64,000 nt of DNA from Mayamaea pseudoterrestris (GCA_027923505.1 BROI01000002.1:186001-250000); one strand, 5' to 3'; counted from the first letter of the stretch, positions 38,701 through 50,031 are shown. Translations and numbers: made by a program. Notes: generated by a model from the sequence alone, not told the origin.

Positions 38701-40036
38701 CAACGGACTGTTTGGCTCGATTCGTGGCAGCATCGGCATCAAGTGGAAGCGATTTGCGCTCCGCTTTATCCTTTGGCACTGGAAGTGGCGGCAATGTTAA
38801 TGCCAAGTATGCTTGCAAAAATGGCTCTTGCTGCTTGCTCGTGGACGTTTGATTGGTGCGCCGCTTGCCTCCCATTGATTCAGGATGCGGATGCTTGAGT
38901 CGCTGCTGCGTCGTCTTGAGGTTGAATGTTTTGGCAATCAACGCCTTTGTTGCTGCGGATGGAGTTTGAACGCTGCTAGAGCTACTTTCATTCATAAATT
39001 CATCAGCGCCTGGAGCAAGACTAAGCAAGGAAGAAACAGACAGCAATCCACCTTGTTGGCGTTGACGAGGAGTGGTCGCTGGAGATGATTGTTTGGCTGA
39101 CGGTGGTGGAGCCGCTGGTGGAGCAGTAGAAGATGCTGCAGACAGTTCGGACATTTTTCGCTTTCTGGCAGTACTTGTGGCAGACGCTGCTTTATAGCCG
39201 TCTGGTTGTATTGGTTGAACTGGCGGCGCGGTCATGGCTGGGAATGCAGTGCTGATTGTTGCATCGTCGGCGGACGCTCTTGCTGCTTGTCGCACGCGAT
39301 GACGCTCAATTCGCATGGCGGCCGCCCGGCGAGACCGATCCAATACGTGATCACCAGCCGCAGCTGCTGCTTGACTCAAGCTCCGCGCTCGCTGCTGGGG
39401 TGCCCTTTCCGGATGAGCGGATGCGGTAATGGTTGGATCGACGACTGCTGCTTGTTCCGGCAAAACGACAAGCGACAACCCAGCCGAGTAATACGCCAAC
39501 TCCTCCGACCTAGGCGACTTGCGCTCCATTTCCTTTTCCTCCTTGAGCGATGCATGCTCCGCAATCAACTTGGAATACATGTTGACTGGATCCTTTCGAA
39601 CCAATTCTCTACGATCGTTTGGAGGCACCAGGCACACCTGATACTTGTCAAAGACGCGGTCCGTAAAGGCTTTTCGCAACTGCATGGTTTGATCCAGAGC
39701 CGTTTGCAGTCGCTGCCGCGCATCCTGCAAACATGTATCGGAGTCAATGACAAAGGAGCCGTACAAGTTGGTCAAGGGCGCGCGGGCCTTGAGCATGGCG
39801 GTGTTGACGGACGATGCTTCTGCGGATTGCTGCTGCTGCTGCTCCATTGTATCAACCTGCTCAAAGGCTGCAGTCACTGCATCTTGCACTATTAAAGCTG
39901 CCTCTTGCGTTACTTCGTCATTGTCTCGACTCGCTAGATGAACCGGCGATTCGACAGCTGGCGTCGTGGTCGATGGAGGCTCCTCCGACGTGGATAATTC
40001 TGTAGCCTTTACTTGATCGTTTTTGGCCGCGTCCAT
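35735..40036 (-). CDS. Large low-complexity, probably nuclear protein with a possible C-terminal PEHE-like motif
   Basis: Uninterrupted ORF of about 1430 aa with Q/P/S-rich tracts, basic NLS-like clusters and a C-terminal IRAPSCRRV...EEDLTDETVLGNH. Confidence 0.8.
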   Translation of the reverse strand: MDAAKNDQVKATELSTSEEPPSTTTPAVESPVHLASRDNDEVTQEAALIVQDAVTAAFEQVDTMEQQQQQSAEASSVNTAMLKARAPLTNLYGSFVIDSDTCLQDARQRLQTALDQTMQLRKAFTDRVFDKYQVCLVPPNDRRELVRKDPVNMYSKLIAEHASLKEEKEMERKSPRSEELAYYSAGLSLVVLPEQAAVVDPTITASAHPERAPQQRARSLSQAAAAAGDHVLDRSRRAAAMRIERHRVRQAARASADDATISTAFPAMTAPPVQPIQPDGYKAASATSTARKRKMSELSAASSTAPPAAPPPSAKQSSPATTPRQRQQGGLLSVSSLLSLAPGADEFMNESSSSSVQTPSAATKALIAKTFNLKTTQQRLKHPHPESMGGKRRTNQTSTSKQQEPFLQAYLALTLPPLPVPKDKAERKSLPLDADAATNRAKQSVANILQLFNDEPNGVSKIQLQLGLNKLQKRIETASASRRTTKKTAGAATSEADMLPPPPRPVSDEPSPDSSIDPMLTFSVLESLGLFTATKQIVERELLPPLLDEKSSIWSDDLKSIRHMMEERVKGQNTTLMDQFLSSAEKKIEKKEEKLDSQVAKNKMRTGSKRKHSDTSSSSAAVASSSSRSRLSNPVLNINEQHSVLSAAVVAAPPPLPQSYNAQQLQDSYNHMAMPQFGNQHHMGAIAGFNQFPTQIQPLPHMPHQFSSMFAGQQHQIGQQGYSHVGQVMGALFPQSTIPGVYPNMSQQHGVPTSDMSISIPGGGNGPKSNIEILPRPSPGDAASSERRMGNLDNSRAQASSQPVIESKAPLPAPPAVRISGDTGLHFVEPDEPASLPEAKADMIKNGRFSEIQPLSCSSEVQAAAIEYLMALGAAVPIPKTLIAHAIKERLGSPVYKSVSKQPLPNVARDLIVANILVWLWANHEDCFQRAFEKSGRVDVDPECKWLIQATVDTSTRALAFEFIEQSNAGAGPLVEYNDARKNAVTQKQANAASALTESGSPCNNRQVELCTVIAVNKALIDKIFINDHLNKAIPQFQNHLDYLDELRLCALRTKAQERTMLANLMARNTTMNEAFANAYTSSVIRAGEILGHDKLFEAVQDAETTKSCSMMPHDILSGDGDAWEDPCKPPNGYTMGLNGSDLMRRAHARAMLHKSLKKLQDRNNIRGGVPDFGPYVDPNIAMTVPTAQVKMEGMSPRVDSKKRRPSLSDLKVPPGTGSAQAGAWSQYEPRHVCDPVAWQPNHVQNTPYGLHRRGEVVRSLSVALSSRSGEPRSMKKSRRAVDAAAALSPPLAAQVVAPVDASSSAASDKKEDAVPRSTQEINWAEVAGIFQKVEVQSRHKTKEDPSVAASLASANLRPNVIRAPSCRRVDSVVLEEGESDTEEDLTDETVLGNHQAILDVMKEKIAAYFEKRKEQQQDRRRKSLISKKHGSK

Positions 40037-40473
40037 TGCAGCAGCCACTTGTTATATGTAGAGGCACTAGTTGCAAGCAGTAATTCTATATGATAGTGCT
40101 TGGTGAGTCTGTAACATGGTCGTTGGCGACAAGGGTCAAAATTGCGGATGGGAGTCACTTTTGGTTCCTACGCGGACTCTTCGCGTAGAATCGCTACGGA
40201 GCTCCAAGATCCGAGTGGCGCACCGGAGCAATCGCAAGGGAGTTGATTGCTGTTGTTGACAGTGTGACTTGAACACTTCTCTGCGTGCGCAATAAGGTTG
40301 AGGTTTACCAAACGCTCGCGTTTCGGCCGCTGCGTCACCATGGCATGGTGATAGAGGCTGTCGAACCATAAAACATTCGAGTGTCATTTTGCACAATTAC
40401 AACAAGTCGTACTTCCCAGCAATTCTCTACATTAACATCAAACTTGCATATACATTACATTTTTATTATAATC

Positions 40474-42889
40474 ATGAACAATTCCGCAGCCGCAATAGCA
40501 CCATTCTCCGCTCCCAGCAGCAGTCATCGCGAACCAATCAAGTCACTCATGGACGTTTGTCTGTGGGAAATGGACGATGCAACGCAGCTACAAACATGGG
40601 TGCAGTCGCACGTTTCGCTAAATGTTCATCACGACGAACACTCTGGTGTCGCCAATTTGCTGTGGCGCAATTTGTCGCAGTCGCTGGATGCGCTGCATGA
40701 AACGGTTCATGTGTTGGAGCATGTCAAGGTGGAGGCGGAGGAGCACGAGAATGGCGATTCCATGGGATCACCACGAAAAAAGCCAAAGCGAGTCGTTCGC
40801 GTTCGAACGCTTCATGATCCCTACAGGGTTTGGTTGCAGGCGTGGAAGACGAATGATGACGAGGAAAGTACAGCACCAGTAGCAGCAGCCGATGGCACTG
40901 CGCATACATTGGACGCCGTCACTAGCAGCAGCAGCCCCGCTCTCATACACGACGCTACCATCTCCACCATGACACTCACCGACGACCACGACGACGTTCC
41001 CAATTTGCGCGGCGCCAAGCTATCGCAACTTTCCATTGGCGGCTTGGTGAACGCCCTGGCTGGCGTCGCTGGCGGTTGCGTCCACAAGCCAGTTCCATTT
41101 TTGAACCAATCGAGTCAAACGAGCATAGCATCGGCTGCCAATTGCTCGGTGCTGCAGTTACACGAGACGGCCTTGACGCTGCACCGCGTCTTGCAGACGC
41201 GCATTCGCTCGGACATTTTGCGCACCACGCCGCATCGCATTCAGCAAATGCTAGCGTCCGATTTGACCACCACCGAGTTTCAAACGGTCCGTCGACGCGT
41301 CTACGAAACCGTCATGCTTGGCAAGGGCATGCGGTCTAATGATCACGACGACGACGATGAGGCGCGCAACTTGGCCACGGCGCCACCCGGCAGCACGAGC
41401 ACGTCGGGTGTCGTGGAATCGTTCAAAAAGTGCAACACGTGCGGCAACAATGATCAAACCGCCTTTGTGCTGGACGCCAAGAATGGCGATGTCATTTGCG
41501 AAAACTGTGGCACTGTCGTGAGTGAATCCATCATGCACGAAGGCAGTCAGTTTCGCAAGTTTGAAGGCGAGGAGGACCGCAACCACCACGGTGACGCGTG
41601 GAATCCACTCTACAGCAATTCGCACAATATGAGCACCACGCTCGGTGGCTTGCAGGTGAGTGGCGGCATTCACGGATGGGGCGCCGGCAGCAAGCGCAAT
41701 CTGGAAACGATTTTACGGAACGCGCACGCGTACACGGAACTGAACGTTTCGCAGTTTGGAAAGACGGATCGAAAGACGCGCGTCGGCTACAAGGATAAGC
41801 AAAAGCGAGAGGCCTTTGCGCAGATGCAGCATGTTGGTGATGCGTTGAATCTGCACGAGGCGGTGATACAGCGGGCCAAGGAAATTTTTGCGGGTTTTCG
41901 TGACGATCGTGAGCTGGTGCAGCAGTTTAAACCAGTCATTGGTACGTTTGTTGGATAAACAGTGTGTCGAGTGTTATACGGTGGATGCACGAAATGATGT
42001 CTATTCGCTAGCAAGATGAACAGCTGCTCACTTTCATGTGACGATTTCACCAGCTGCTTGTCTCTGCGAAGCGTTTGAATATCTTTCGCAGAGTGGTAAG
42101 GCCATTTTGAAGCAAGATGAGATCAAGCAGGTCGAGGCTGCTGCAGCGGCTGTTGGTCCAGTGTCGGCCCGCGGGGCACGCCGCAACGAACTGCATTCCG
42201 CCACATTGGCTGGAAAGGGAGGCTTGATGATTGACTTTTCGAATATTGAAAAGGACAAGCTTGAAGCTCCGTCCGCTGTAGTCAGCTCGTCAAGCAGCCC
42301 CAAAGCATCAGAGAAGCCGACTGCCGCTTGGGATTTGCTCGACTGTCGTTCCTGGCTATTGGATGCGTCAAGGCGAATTGCTCAACAATGGGTTGAGGAT
42401 CGAAGCAAGCTGGAAGGTTTGGCGGCCAAGAAAATCCCAGTCGGCACCGTCGATGAATTGGAAGGCAAGTTGGTGGAGCATTCAATCTCTCTGTGCGAGT
42501 ACCTCGAGTCGCAGATACAAGCACGAACAAAGAATGTAGTCGCCACGAATGGCATACACACCCACCGAGTTGACGACATGTCAAAGTTAAGTATTCGCTG
42601 GCAAAAAGGGAACGAACGCGGAGCCGGTGGAGTAAATGGCGACAAGCAGGCGACAGCCACTGCAGCGTCTGGCCGTACGGCAGGCCAGATACTTATTTTA
42701 CTAACAGCTAAGAAGCTCAGTGCAATATTGAACGACGAAGTATCGGGCGATGCCTTTCATAGGGAGCTGCGCGGGGTCATTGGGAAGCAGGAGGAGCTCA
42801 AGCGACAGAAAAAGTTGGAGGAAGCTTCTCGCCAACGGTTGCATCAGATGAAGCGCAAACCATATCTGCATGCTCGTGTCATGTCTTGA
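40474..42889 (+). CDS. TFIIB-related protein with long N-terminal extension; intron 41942-42053
   Basis: Zn ribbon CNTCG..DAKNGDVICENCGTVVSESI, B-reader-like EGSQFRKFE, and cyclin-like DALNLHEAVIQRAKEIF spliced (GTACGT..CCAG) in frame to AACLCEA. Confidence 0.82.
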
Positions 42890-43096
42890 GTCTTTATAAA
42901 AGAAGATAAATGGTTTGCATCAAAGATTATACTTAATGGAACACGACGTCGATTGGAAGTGGCATCTTTGCCTGGTCATTAGCTGCGCTACTGTTAACAA
43001 AATCTCTTTACAAACATTAACGTAATGGTAGTTGAAGAAGTACTGATGTGTCTATCAATTTTGTTATTTGCGCTCGTCTGCTCGACTGATGGGCGG

Positions 43097-44454
43097 TTAC
43101 GAAGCACTCAGGATGTTCGAGGGACACTGATAGTTAAGAAGCGAGTGTACGCGCTTCATCATGCCATCCGCAATTTTATGAAACGCAATGCTGTGCGGTG
43201 AACTGTGATTGAAACCTTCAACGGGATCAATGTAAAATTTTTGGAACCGCTTTATTCTGTTACTTTGAAAGTTGTAGTAAAAACTGGGCGAGTAATGCAT
43301 GTATCGCTCACCTTGGTTGTCGTCTCGCGTTTGGTACGGAACGACACCCAGTAGTGCGAAAACTCGTGATATGTAGACGTCTTCCATGGGGCTCACGACA
43401 TCAGCATGATGATATGGCAAGCCGTCTACCACCAGTGTCTTGACTGCAGCTCTGTTCAGCGTGTAGCCCGGACCACCCGTGTTGTAGGTATCGTTGCTAC
43501 GGCCACGAAACATGTACCGTTCCCCGAGATACAGCGGTATTTGCATCCGCTCTGGCTTGTCTGATATGAACATACCTCCGTTTTGTGCTGCTTGGATTTC
43601 ATCACTTTCCAGGTAGAGGCGCAGATTTTCTACAATCAGATACATGTCGTCGCCTCCAATGTGATAAAAATCATATTCGTTGTAGTAGTTGTCGTAGATG
43701 TACTCCCACATGCTTCGCACTTTCTGCCACATATTGAAATATCTTTCAGGGCCCTCGTGAAGAATCTTTACACTGTCAACCGAAGCGTCCGACGTATCCG
43801 ATGCCACCAAGAAGCCATCGCATTTTGGCCTAAAAACGTCAACGATGATGTTAGTACGAGCCTTACCATGCATGACAATGCCAGCGAGCCCCATTATAAT
43901 TACCCCCAAGTCTCGCGAATGTTTTTGATTCTGGAATGTCCCTGCTTTGACGTGTAAATGATGCACAGTATTTTCGGTCGCGGCTTGCCGGATTGTTGCA
44001 TTTGACGCTCATATTCTAAATCTACAACGAATCGTTCCTTGATCATTTTATAGTCGTCATCTTGATTCATGCATTCCGCGGCCATTTCTTGTCTCGTCAT
44101 GCTAAATGGTGGAGGTTTTTGTCGAAGTTTTGTCACATCATGAACGTATCCAGCCATTCCCCAAGAATTTACTGCTCCCAAATGCGAGTGCTCGGCAGCC
44201 ACAGGTACAAAAATTGTGTCAACGAAGGACATGTTTTGAATGATTGCCAAGCAATCAGGGCGAAGCGGCTTTTGAGGTGGTCGTCTGTTTATTTGGGTAA
44301 CTTCTTGATCCGTAATTTCGATTGACAGTTTACGGACCTGCAAACCGTCTCGCACAATGAAACCCACAACCACCAACACGCCAAAAAGATTGCGGAGACG
44401 GGTTTGTGCTTGCCTTGCCGTCGAAAGCATCATGCTACTTTTGCTGTAAGGCAT
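43097..44454 (-). CDS. GT31 / core-1 beta-1,3-galactosyltransferase (C1GALT1)-like; intron 43903-43830
   Basis: Type II TM segment, KILCIIYT, spliced TWGPKCDGF, MWQKVRSMW, GGDDMY...ENLR, YNTGGPGY, EDV, IAFH. Start codon uncertain. Confidence 0.88.
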
Positions 44455-44915
44455 GTCCAACGAGTCGACAGTAACGCTTTCCATCTCGCATGGTTTGAAA
44501 ACACTGCAAAACCCAGCAAGTCGTGACTGAACTTTTAGCGAGCGACGGCAAGCCTCCGCAACGGCCGGATTTGATTTAGACTGTGATGCCAAATGTACTC
44601 AGTTTGAAATCACGTCAAGCCTGCCCGCCTTCAACGGCGAAGTGACTATGGCGCATAGTGTACTATGATATCGTGGCTTTCCATGTCGTAGTCATTGCCG
44701 GTCAGACGTAGCGTGAAGGAAACGGCTGCGATCGTTCTTTCGAAAATGACCCAAATGACGAATGGAAGGTGATGTGGTCCATTTCCTTCCTCCTTGACGC
44801 CTGGGCCTCCTCTAAACATCAATGATGCCAGAAAGCGATGCATAAGCCGGAGAAGAAGATTAGAACGAGACATTGATTTGGGGTTGACTATTTGGCACAA
44901 ACAAGAGCAGCAAAC

Positions 44916-46745
44916 ATGACGAGAATGAACCAGTCGAGTCGGCGATCTAGGGCGTTTGAAAAGGCAGCCCTAATTTCACTTTGTTCCATTGGCGTCTCCG
45001 CATGGAGTTCGACGACATATTCATTGAACGCATCAAGGTCATCCGTGAGAAGAATTAATTCTTTCCGGCAGCAGCAAGCATTGGCAAGTACTTTGGAGAA
45101 GGAGGAATTGGCGCACGAACCACTTAGCGACAGGCAGAGCAACCACGTGCAAGGCATTGGCGCAGCAGACGATGATTGGCCATTCAAAGCCAAGCTGCCA
45201 TTGCCTATTGCACCAGACATTAGCAATGTTGCTCGTAGTTCCGACAAGATTGTGCATCGAGAATACTACGACATACAAGCTTGGCGAGACGGATGGAGAA
45301 CTGTTGATACGGAGGAATGTTACGATTTAACAGGAACATTTCCATCCGATTTGACTGGAACGTTTGTGCAAAATGGGCCAGCCAAGTTCAAAGTTGGTAA
45401 TGATTTAGTCTTGCATCCGTTTGATGCCGATGGCATGCTACGAGCCGTCACGTTCAAAGATGGCAAGGCATGGTTTCGAAACCGATTCGTCGAAACGACA
45501 GGCTATCTGCGCGAGAAGCAGGCTAACAAGATTCTCCACCGAGGCGTATTCGGAACGCGCAAGTCACCTTCATGGACAAATGTAATGGATGTCAACCTCA
45601 AGAATGTTGCAAACACGCATGTGTTGTATCACAATGACCGCCTCTACTGCCTTTGGGACGCTGGCGCTCCGGTGGAAGTCGATCCACTGACGTTAAAAAC
45701 GATTAATCCGCACGTGACGCACTATGGAGATCGCTTTGGCGCGCACTACAAGGAGGATCCACGCACAAAAACTATATGTAGCTTTGGTTTACATCCTGGG
45801 CTGCCAAATCCAAACAATAATCACCGACTCGTCGTGGTGGAACATTCAGCGCATGGCAAACTTTTGCATCGACAGGAGTACACTTTGCCAGGGCTTGCCA
45901 TGGGGCATGACATGGCATTGACGGATCGCTACTATGTCTTTTTACATCCACCATGCAAGATGGATTTGGCAGATTTTCTCCTAGGACGCAAGGGGCCAGC
46001 GCAGTGTACGCAGTTCGATCCGACTGGAAGCACCACGGCTTGGTTGATTCCCCGCGGAGGCGGACCAGAGATTGGCATTCAGCTGCCGTTGCCACCTGTT
46101 TTTTGTACGCATGTATCCAATGCCTTTGAAAATGATCAAGGCCACATTGTTGTTGATGCCGTTGTTGCTGATTCCATGAAGATTTGCGACGGCAATAGCG
46201 GCGTCGAGCAAACGAGGCCCATTTGGGAAGACATGAATTTTGACGACTATCCAGCTTTTCGATTGGTGCGATACACCTTGGATCCAGTCACGCGCAAACT
46301 CGTATCGAGCCGTGTCTTGAGCGGAGACACTGGCCATTTGGATTTCCCAATCATGCATCCAGAAAACGCTGGACAACCATACAAGTATGTCTACTGCAAC
46401 ACGGGTGCGAGCGCTGACAAGAATGCACCGCCGCAAGGTCTAGCCAAATTTGACGTCGAAACCGGGAAACTGCTAGAAAAATGGTTGCCAGAGCCTGACG
46501 AGTATTTGAGTGAGGTTGTAATCGCCCCGAAAGGCAATGCTATTGCCGAGGATGATGTGTACTTGGTGGCAACGCTCATTCATAGCAATGCCAACTCCAA
46601 GGTGGTTGTCTTTGATGGCAGCGACATTACTCGTGGTCCGATTGGACAAGCTCAGTTGCGGCAACGATTGCCACACGCCTTGCATGGATCTTTTCTTGCC
46701 GGATACACACCAGATCTGACGCAGCAAGTGCGCGACTCATTTTGA
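44916..46745 (+). CDS. Carotenoid cleavage oxygenase (RPE65/CCD family), probable bipartite plastid leader
   Basis: NGP..HPFDADGM, KNVANT, candidate Fe-ligand His motifs AHY, HDM, THVSNAFE and HALHGSF, plus DFP and SE. Signal-like AALISLCSIGVSA-W. Confidence 0.92.
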   Translation: MTRMNQSSRRSRAFEKAALISLCSIGVSAWSSTTYSLNASRSSVRRINSFRQQQALASTLEKEELAHEPLSDRQSNHVQGIGAADDDWPFKAKLPLPIAPDISNVARSSDKIVHREYYDIQAWRDGWRTVDTEECYDLTGTFPSDLTGTFVQNGPAKFKVGNDLVLHPFDADGMLRAVTFKDGKAWFRNRFVETTGYLREKQANKILHRGVFGTRKSPSWTNVMDVNLKNVANTHVLYHNDRLYCLWDAGAPVEVDPLTLKTINPHVTHYGDRFGAHYKEDPRTKTICSFGLHPGLPNPNNNHRLVVVEHSAHGKLLHRQEYTLPGLAMGHDMALTDRYYVFLHPPCKMDLADFLLGRKGPAQCTQFDPTGSTTAWLIPRGGGPEIGIQLPLPPVFCTHVSNAFENDQGHIVVDAVVADSMKICDGNSGVEQTRPIWEDMNFDDYPAFRLVRYTLDPVTRKLVSSRVLSGDTGHLDFPIMHPENAGQPYKYVYCNTGASADKNAPPQGLAKFDVETGKLLEKWLPEPDEYLSEVVIAPKGNAIAEDDVYLVATLIHSNANSKVVVFDGSDITRGPIGQAQLRQRLPHALHGSFLAGYTPDLTQQVRDSF

Positions 46746-47058
46746 AAGGCAGAATCTAGCATCTAAGTTATGGCAGTATAACGCACTGGAGCTAGCTGAT
46801 TGCTTCCACTCATGCGGCAGGGTTTTAATTAGCACTTCTACGAGTAAGTGCAGGCGCAGTTACAAATGATTATCCGTCTCGTCGCCAGAGCGTTTTGCGG
46901 ACGCACCTGGCTTTCTTCCACGAAAGCAATAAATTGATATGATAACAAAAATTTTTAAATCACAAGACATATAGTATTTCTATAACAATTGTGAAAGGGA
47001 AACAAGGTGAAAGTTTCGACGATTCATTTCGCAATTGTAAGCCACATCTGCATTCGTT

Positions 47059-48396
47059 CTATCCTTTGCACTTTTTGACAAGCTTCTTCCACAAATCAGT
47101 GTAAAGCGCAGCTCCTTCATCTGAAGTGAGCGCTGGAAACCTGCAAACTTGCACGCTGAGCCTTTGGGAGCATGGACTTGCGTTGGAACCGCACCCGCAC
47201 TTCTGATAAATGGCATTCACGCATTTGCGAGAGATCAACTTTTTGAACGCCTCCAACACGTCCGACTTGTATGCTTTTAACGATGGACATTGCGAATCAA
47301 CAGTCTTGGACCAACAGTTGTTCCCAGTATAAAACTTTCGAAGGTTACACGTATTGCGGATGGTTTCCGCGCAGGATTGAATTGTCGCAGGCAAGTCCGC
47401 AAACACCGCAGTCGGCGCCAGCGTTGGCGCTCGTGCCGGTGCTTTGGTCGGCTTGGGAGCCGTGTAGGGTCCAACGCGGACCCCAGTGACAAACATTAAC
47501 ATATCTCGGTCCATCGCTCTACCAGGACTGTAGAACCCCCAACGAGCCTTGTTAGTTTCCGAGTCGAGGCGATCAGTCATGTTCCCTTCGACTTTTAGCA
47601 CATTGTCAATGTAAACTTTGTGGTACGTTCCATCGTCGATGACGCGAATGTCGAATGACTTGTCAACGATGTTTGTTTGAACAGTCTTTTGTTCAAAATC
47701 TTCCTCCTCATCTCCACGTTTCTTGTAGATCAAATTGAAGTTGCCTTTTCCATCGGAACTCACTACAAGCTGCATGGACCAGAATTGATTATTGTGCTTG
47801 ATCTGAAAGACCGTCGCTGACCGCAGCAGCAAAAAGGTATACCTTGCCGAGAATTCGTACCAGCCGTCTCCTCGCTTCCATCCAACATTGTTGAAGGCTT
47901 CCACGCGTGGCGCCAAGGTCCGCGAGCTGGCAACATTGTCGTCTCCAGGAAACATGCGAAAAATCTGCGTCTTGTTGTCCTCCTGGTACCATCTTGTTTG
48001 AAGATCAAAGTACTTGCGACCAATGTAGGTGCTTGTGGGTGTATGAATGATCATGTTGGATGGAATGTCGCGATTGGCGTAAAGCGAAACGCTTCCACTG
48101 TTCAGATTGGCGTCAACCACGGCAATTGTTGATCCTTTTGCGGGACCGTTAGTGTTTTTACCAGTAACCAAAGTTGCCTTCAAGTCATCCCATGATGGAT
48201 TGATCCTGTCTTGAAGGTCGACATACAAACTGCTATCTGTCGCTGGCATGATTTCGGTTGTAGGCGTGGCAATGAAGGCATCATCAAAGAATAGCTCTTC
48301 ATCAGCGGCTATTGATGCATTATATTGGTCATCAAGGGCGCTACAAGCAATTGCCGACAGTATGGCTATCGCAGCCAACCAAGAAGTCGAACCCAT
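47059..48396 (-). CDS. Secreted protein with a polysaccharide-lyase-like (PL7-like) domain, P/T/A linker and Cys-rich tail
   Basis: Signal peptide, motifs PRVEAF / FQIKH / VYIDN / KARWGFY, linker PKPTKAPARAPTLAPTA and a Cys-rich C-terminus. The ORF is solid; the function is tentative. Confidence 0.55.
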   Translation of the reverse strand: MGSTSWLAAIAILSAIACSALDDQYNASIAADEELFFDDAFIATPTTEIMPATDSSLYVDLQDRINPSWDDLKATLVTGKNTNGPAKGSTIAVVDANLNSGSVSLYANRDIPSNMIIHTPTSTYIGRKYFDLQTRWYQEDNKTQIFRMFPGDDNVASSRTLAPRVEAFNNVGWKRGDGWYEFSARYTFLLLRSATVFQIKHNNQFWSMQLVVSSDGKGNFNLIYKKRGDEEEDFEQKTVQTNIVDKSFDIRVIDDGTYHKVYIDNVLKVEGNMTDRLDSETNKARWGFYSPGRAMDRDMLMFVTGVRVGPYTAPKPTKAPARAPTLAPTAVFADLPATIQSCAETIRNTCNLRKFYTGNNCWSKTVDSQCPSLKAYKSDVLEAFKKLISRKCVNAIYQKCGCGSNASPCSQRLSVQVCRFPALTSDEGAALYTDLWKKLVKKCKG

Positions 48397-49038
48397 AGGT
48401 ACACGCGTATTATGGATGGATTCAACGGAACAAATATATGAGCCTGATCAACCAGACGACACAGACGAAGAGCTTACGTTCTGCTGCAACGTTCTACTGT
48501 TACTCAGTCCTGACTGACAATGTAAATTTGACTCTCGAGGTACGGTAGCCTTCACTCTTTCCATTAGCAGAGGCGTTGGGGAACAACGGCAGACCGTCTC
48601 ATTTTATTTGTCGAACGCTGCCTTCTTTGGCCTCACAGTTTTGGCGCGCTCAATCAATCGTGCCTGACGCGATCATCGTAGCGGGACTCAAATAGCTATA
48701 CTGCCACAACCAATGGTTGCGCAACCTGCGTGCGCCAGTAGTTCCGAATTAGGAGTAATAGTGAGCAATTGACCAGTTTATGAATAGTTAAGCAGTAATA
48801 GTGTACCGTAATGTTTAATTGATACTCGTACTAACAGTAAAGACTGCGATTGTGTACCGAATCTGGGATGGGCTCACATCCTTCGATAAGTTGGCTTACA
48901 GGTCGCTGCAGACCAAAGACCAAATTCTTCACAATATCAGTTGACAAATCAAAAGCAGAGTTATCCATGTCAGCTATCTTTGATTGGCAAATGTTACGTG
49001 ACCATCGTCCCCTTCCTAAAAGGTATACGGAACTGCAA

Positions 49039-50031
49039 CTAAGCAGCACTCGATACCGGTACACCCATACTTTCCACAGAGGCAGCACCAATGGGAAAGG
49101 GAAATCGGTCAACCGCCTCCATGTCAAGCTCATGCGTGTAGTCGGAATGCACCCACAAGGATTCGCCCCAGGTGCTGAGTCGCTTGACAAACTCGTAACC
49201 ATGATTTTGCAAGTAGCTTCGAATTTCACCTTTCAATCGCTCGGCTGTTATTATCTTGATGCGATACTGCTCCAATGGAAAGTTCAGCAGTATAAAGCTT
49301 TCAGCTCCTTCCACGTCTAAACTCAAGTAGTCTATCACGGTTGGAACATTGTTTCGCTCCAGCACTTCCAGCAGCGGCACTGTAGCAACCAACTCGCTCT
49401 CTCGCTGCCACCGCTTGCCATTGTCAAATCCAGCATCCGCAATGCCGCCATGATCGCCTGCATTGTAGCGAAAGTATACTTGGTCGTCTCGAGTCTTGCC
49501 AACGACGGATGCAACGACTTGACAATTTGGTCGGTAGTGTGTTAGATTGTACCAGTAGATTGGATTCGGTTCAATGCAAAGACCAGTCCAATTATAGGAA
49601 TGTTCCAGTGCTGCAGTGTTACTTAGTAAATGAGCATCATTGGCCGCCAAGTCAATAAAATAGCCGTTGGTTTGGTTGCGTAACAGTGCCAAGATGAGCT
49701 CGTCCTGACGTGCTTGGGAATAGAAGCGAGGAGGCAATTCTTGCGTTTTTGCCTGCTTTGAGGCTTTTGTCGGCGATCCAACAAAGACCTGAATCGTTTT
49801 CCATCCGTCATTTGCAGTGTTTGGTAAATCATGTGCGTTGCGTCGCAAGGATTGAAGCAGCAAGCTTCGTGTCGTCGCATCGACAGGATCCATTGTAGTC
49901 TTTAGGTCGAGACATTTCGAGATGATAAATCCAGATGACACGTAGACAATAGCAAATAAAAAATTGGTGCATCCAACGAACGGCAGCTTTGCAGCTGGAA
50001 ATAGCCGGGGTGATCGTGACGGACGCACCAT
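49039..50031 (-). CDS. FkbM-family (Methyltransf_21) methyltransferase, type II membrane
   Basis: YSQARQD, GYFIDLAAND..SNT, WTGLCIEPN, IDYLSLDVEGAE. Confidence 0.9.
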   Translation of the reverse strand: MVRPSRSPRLFPAAKLPFVGCTNFLFAIVYVSSGFIISKCLDLKTTMDPVDATTRSLLLQSLRRNAHDLPNTANDGWKTIQVFVGSPTKASKQAKTQELPPRFYSQARQDELILALLRNQTNGYFIDLAANDAHLLSNTAALEHSYNWTGLCIEPNPIYWYNLTHYRPNCQVVASVVGKTRDDQVYFRYNAGDHGGIADAGFDNGKRWQRESELVATVPLLEVLERNNVPTVIDYLSLDVEGAESFILLNFPLEQYRIKIITAERLKGEIRSYLQNHGYEFVKRLSTWGESLWVHSDYTHELDMEAVDRFPFPIGAASVESMGVPVSSAA

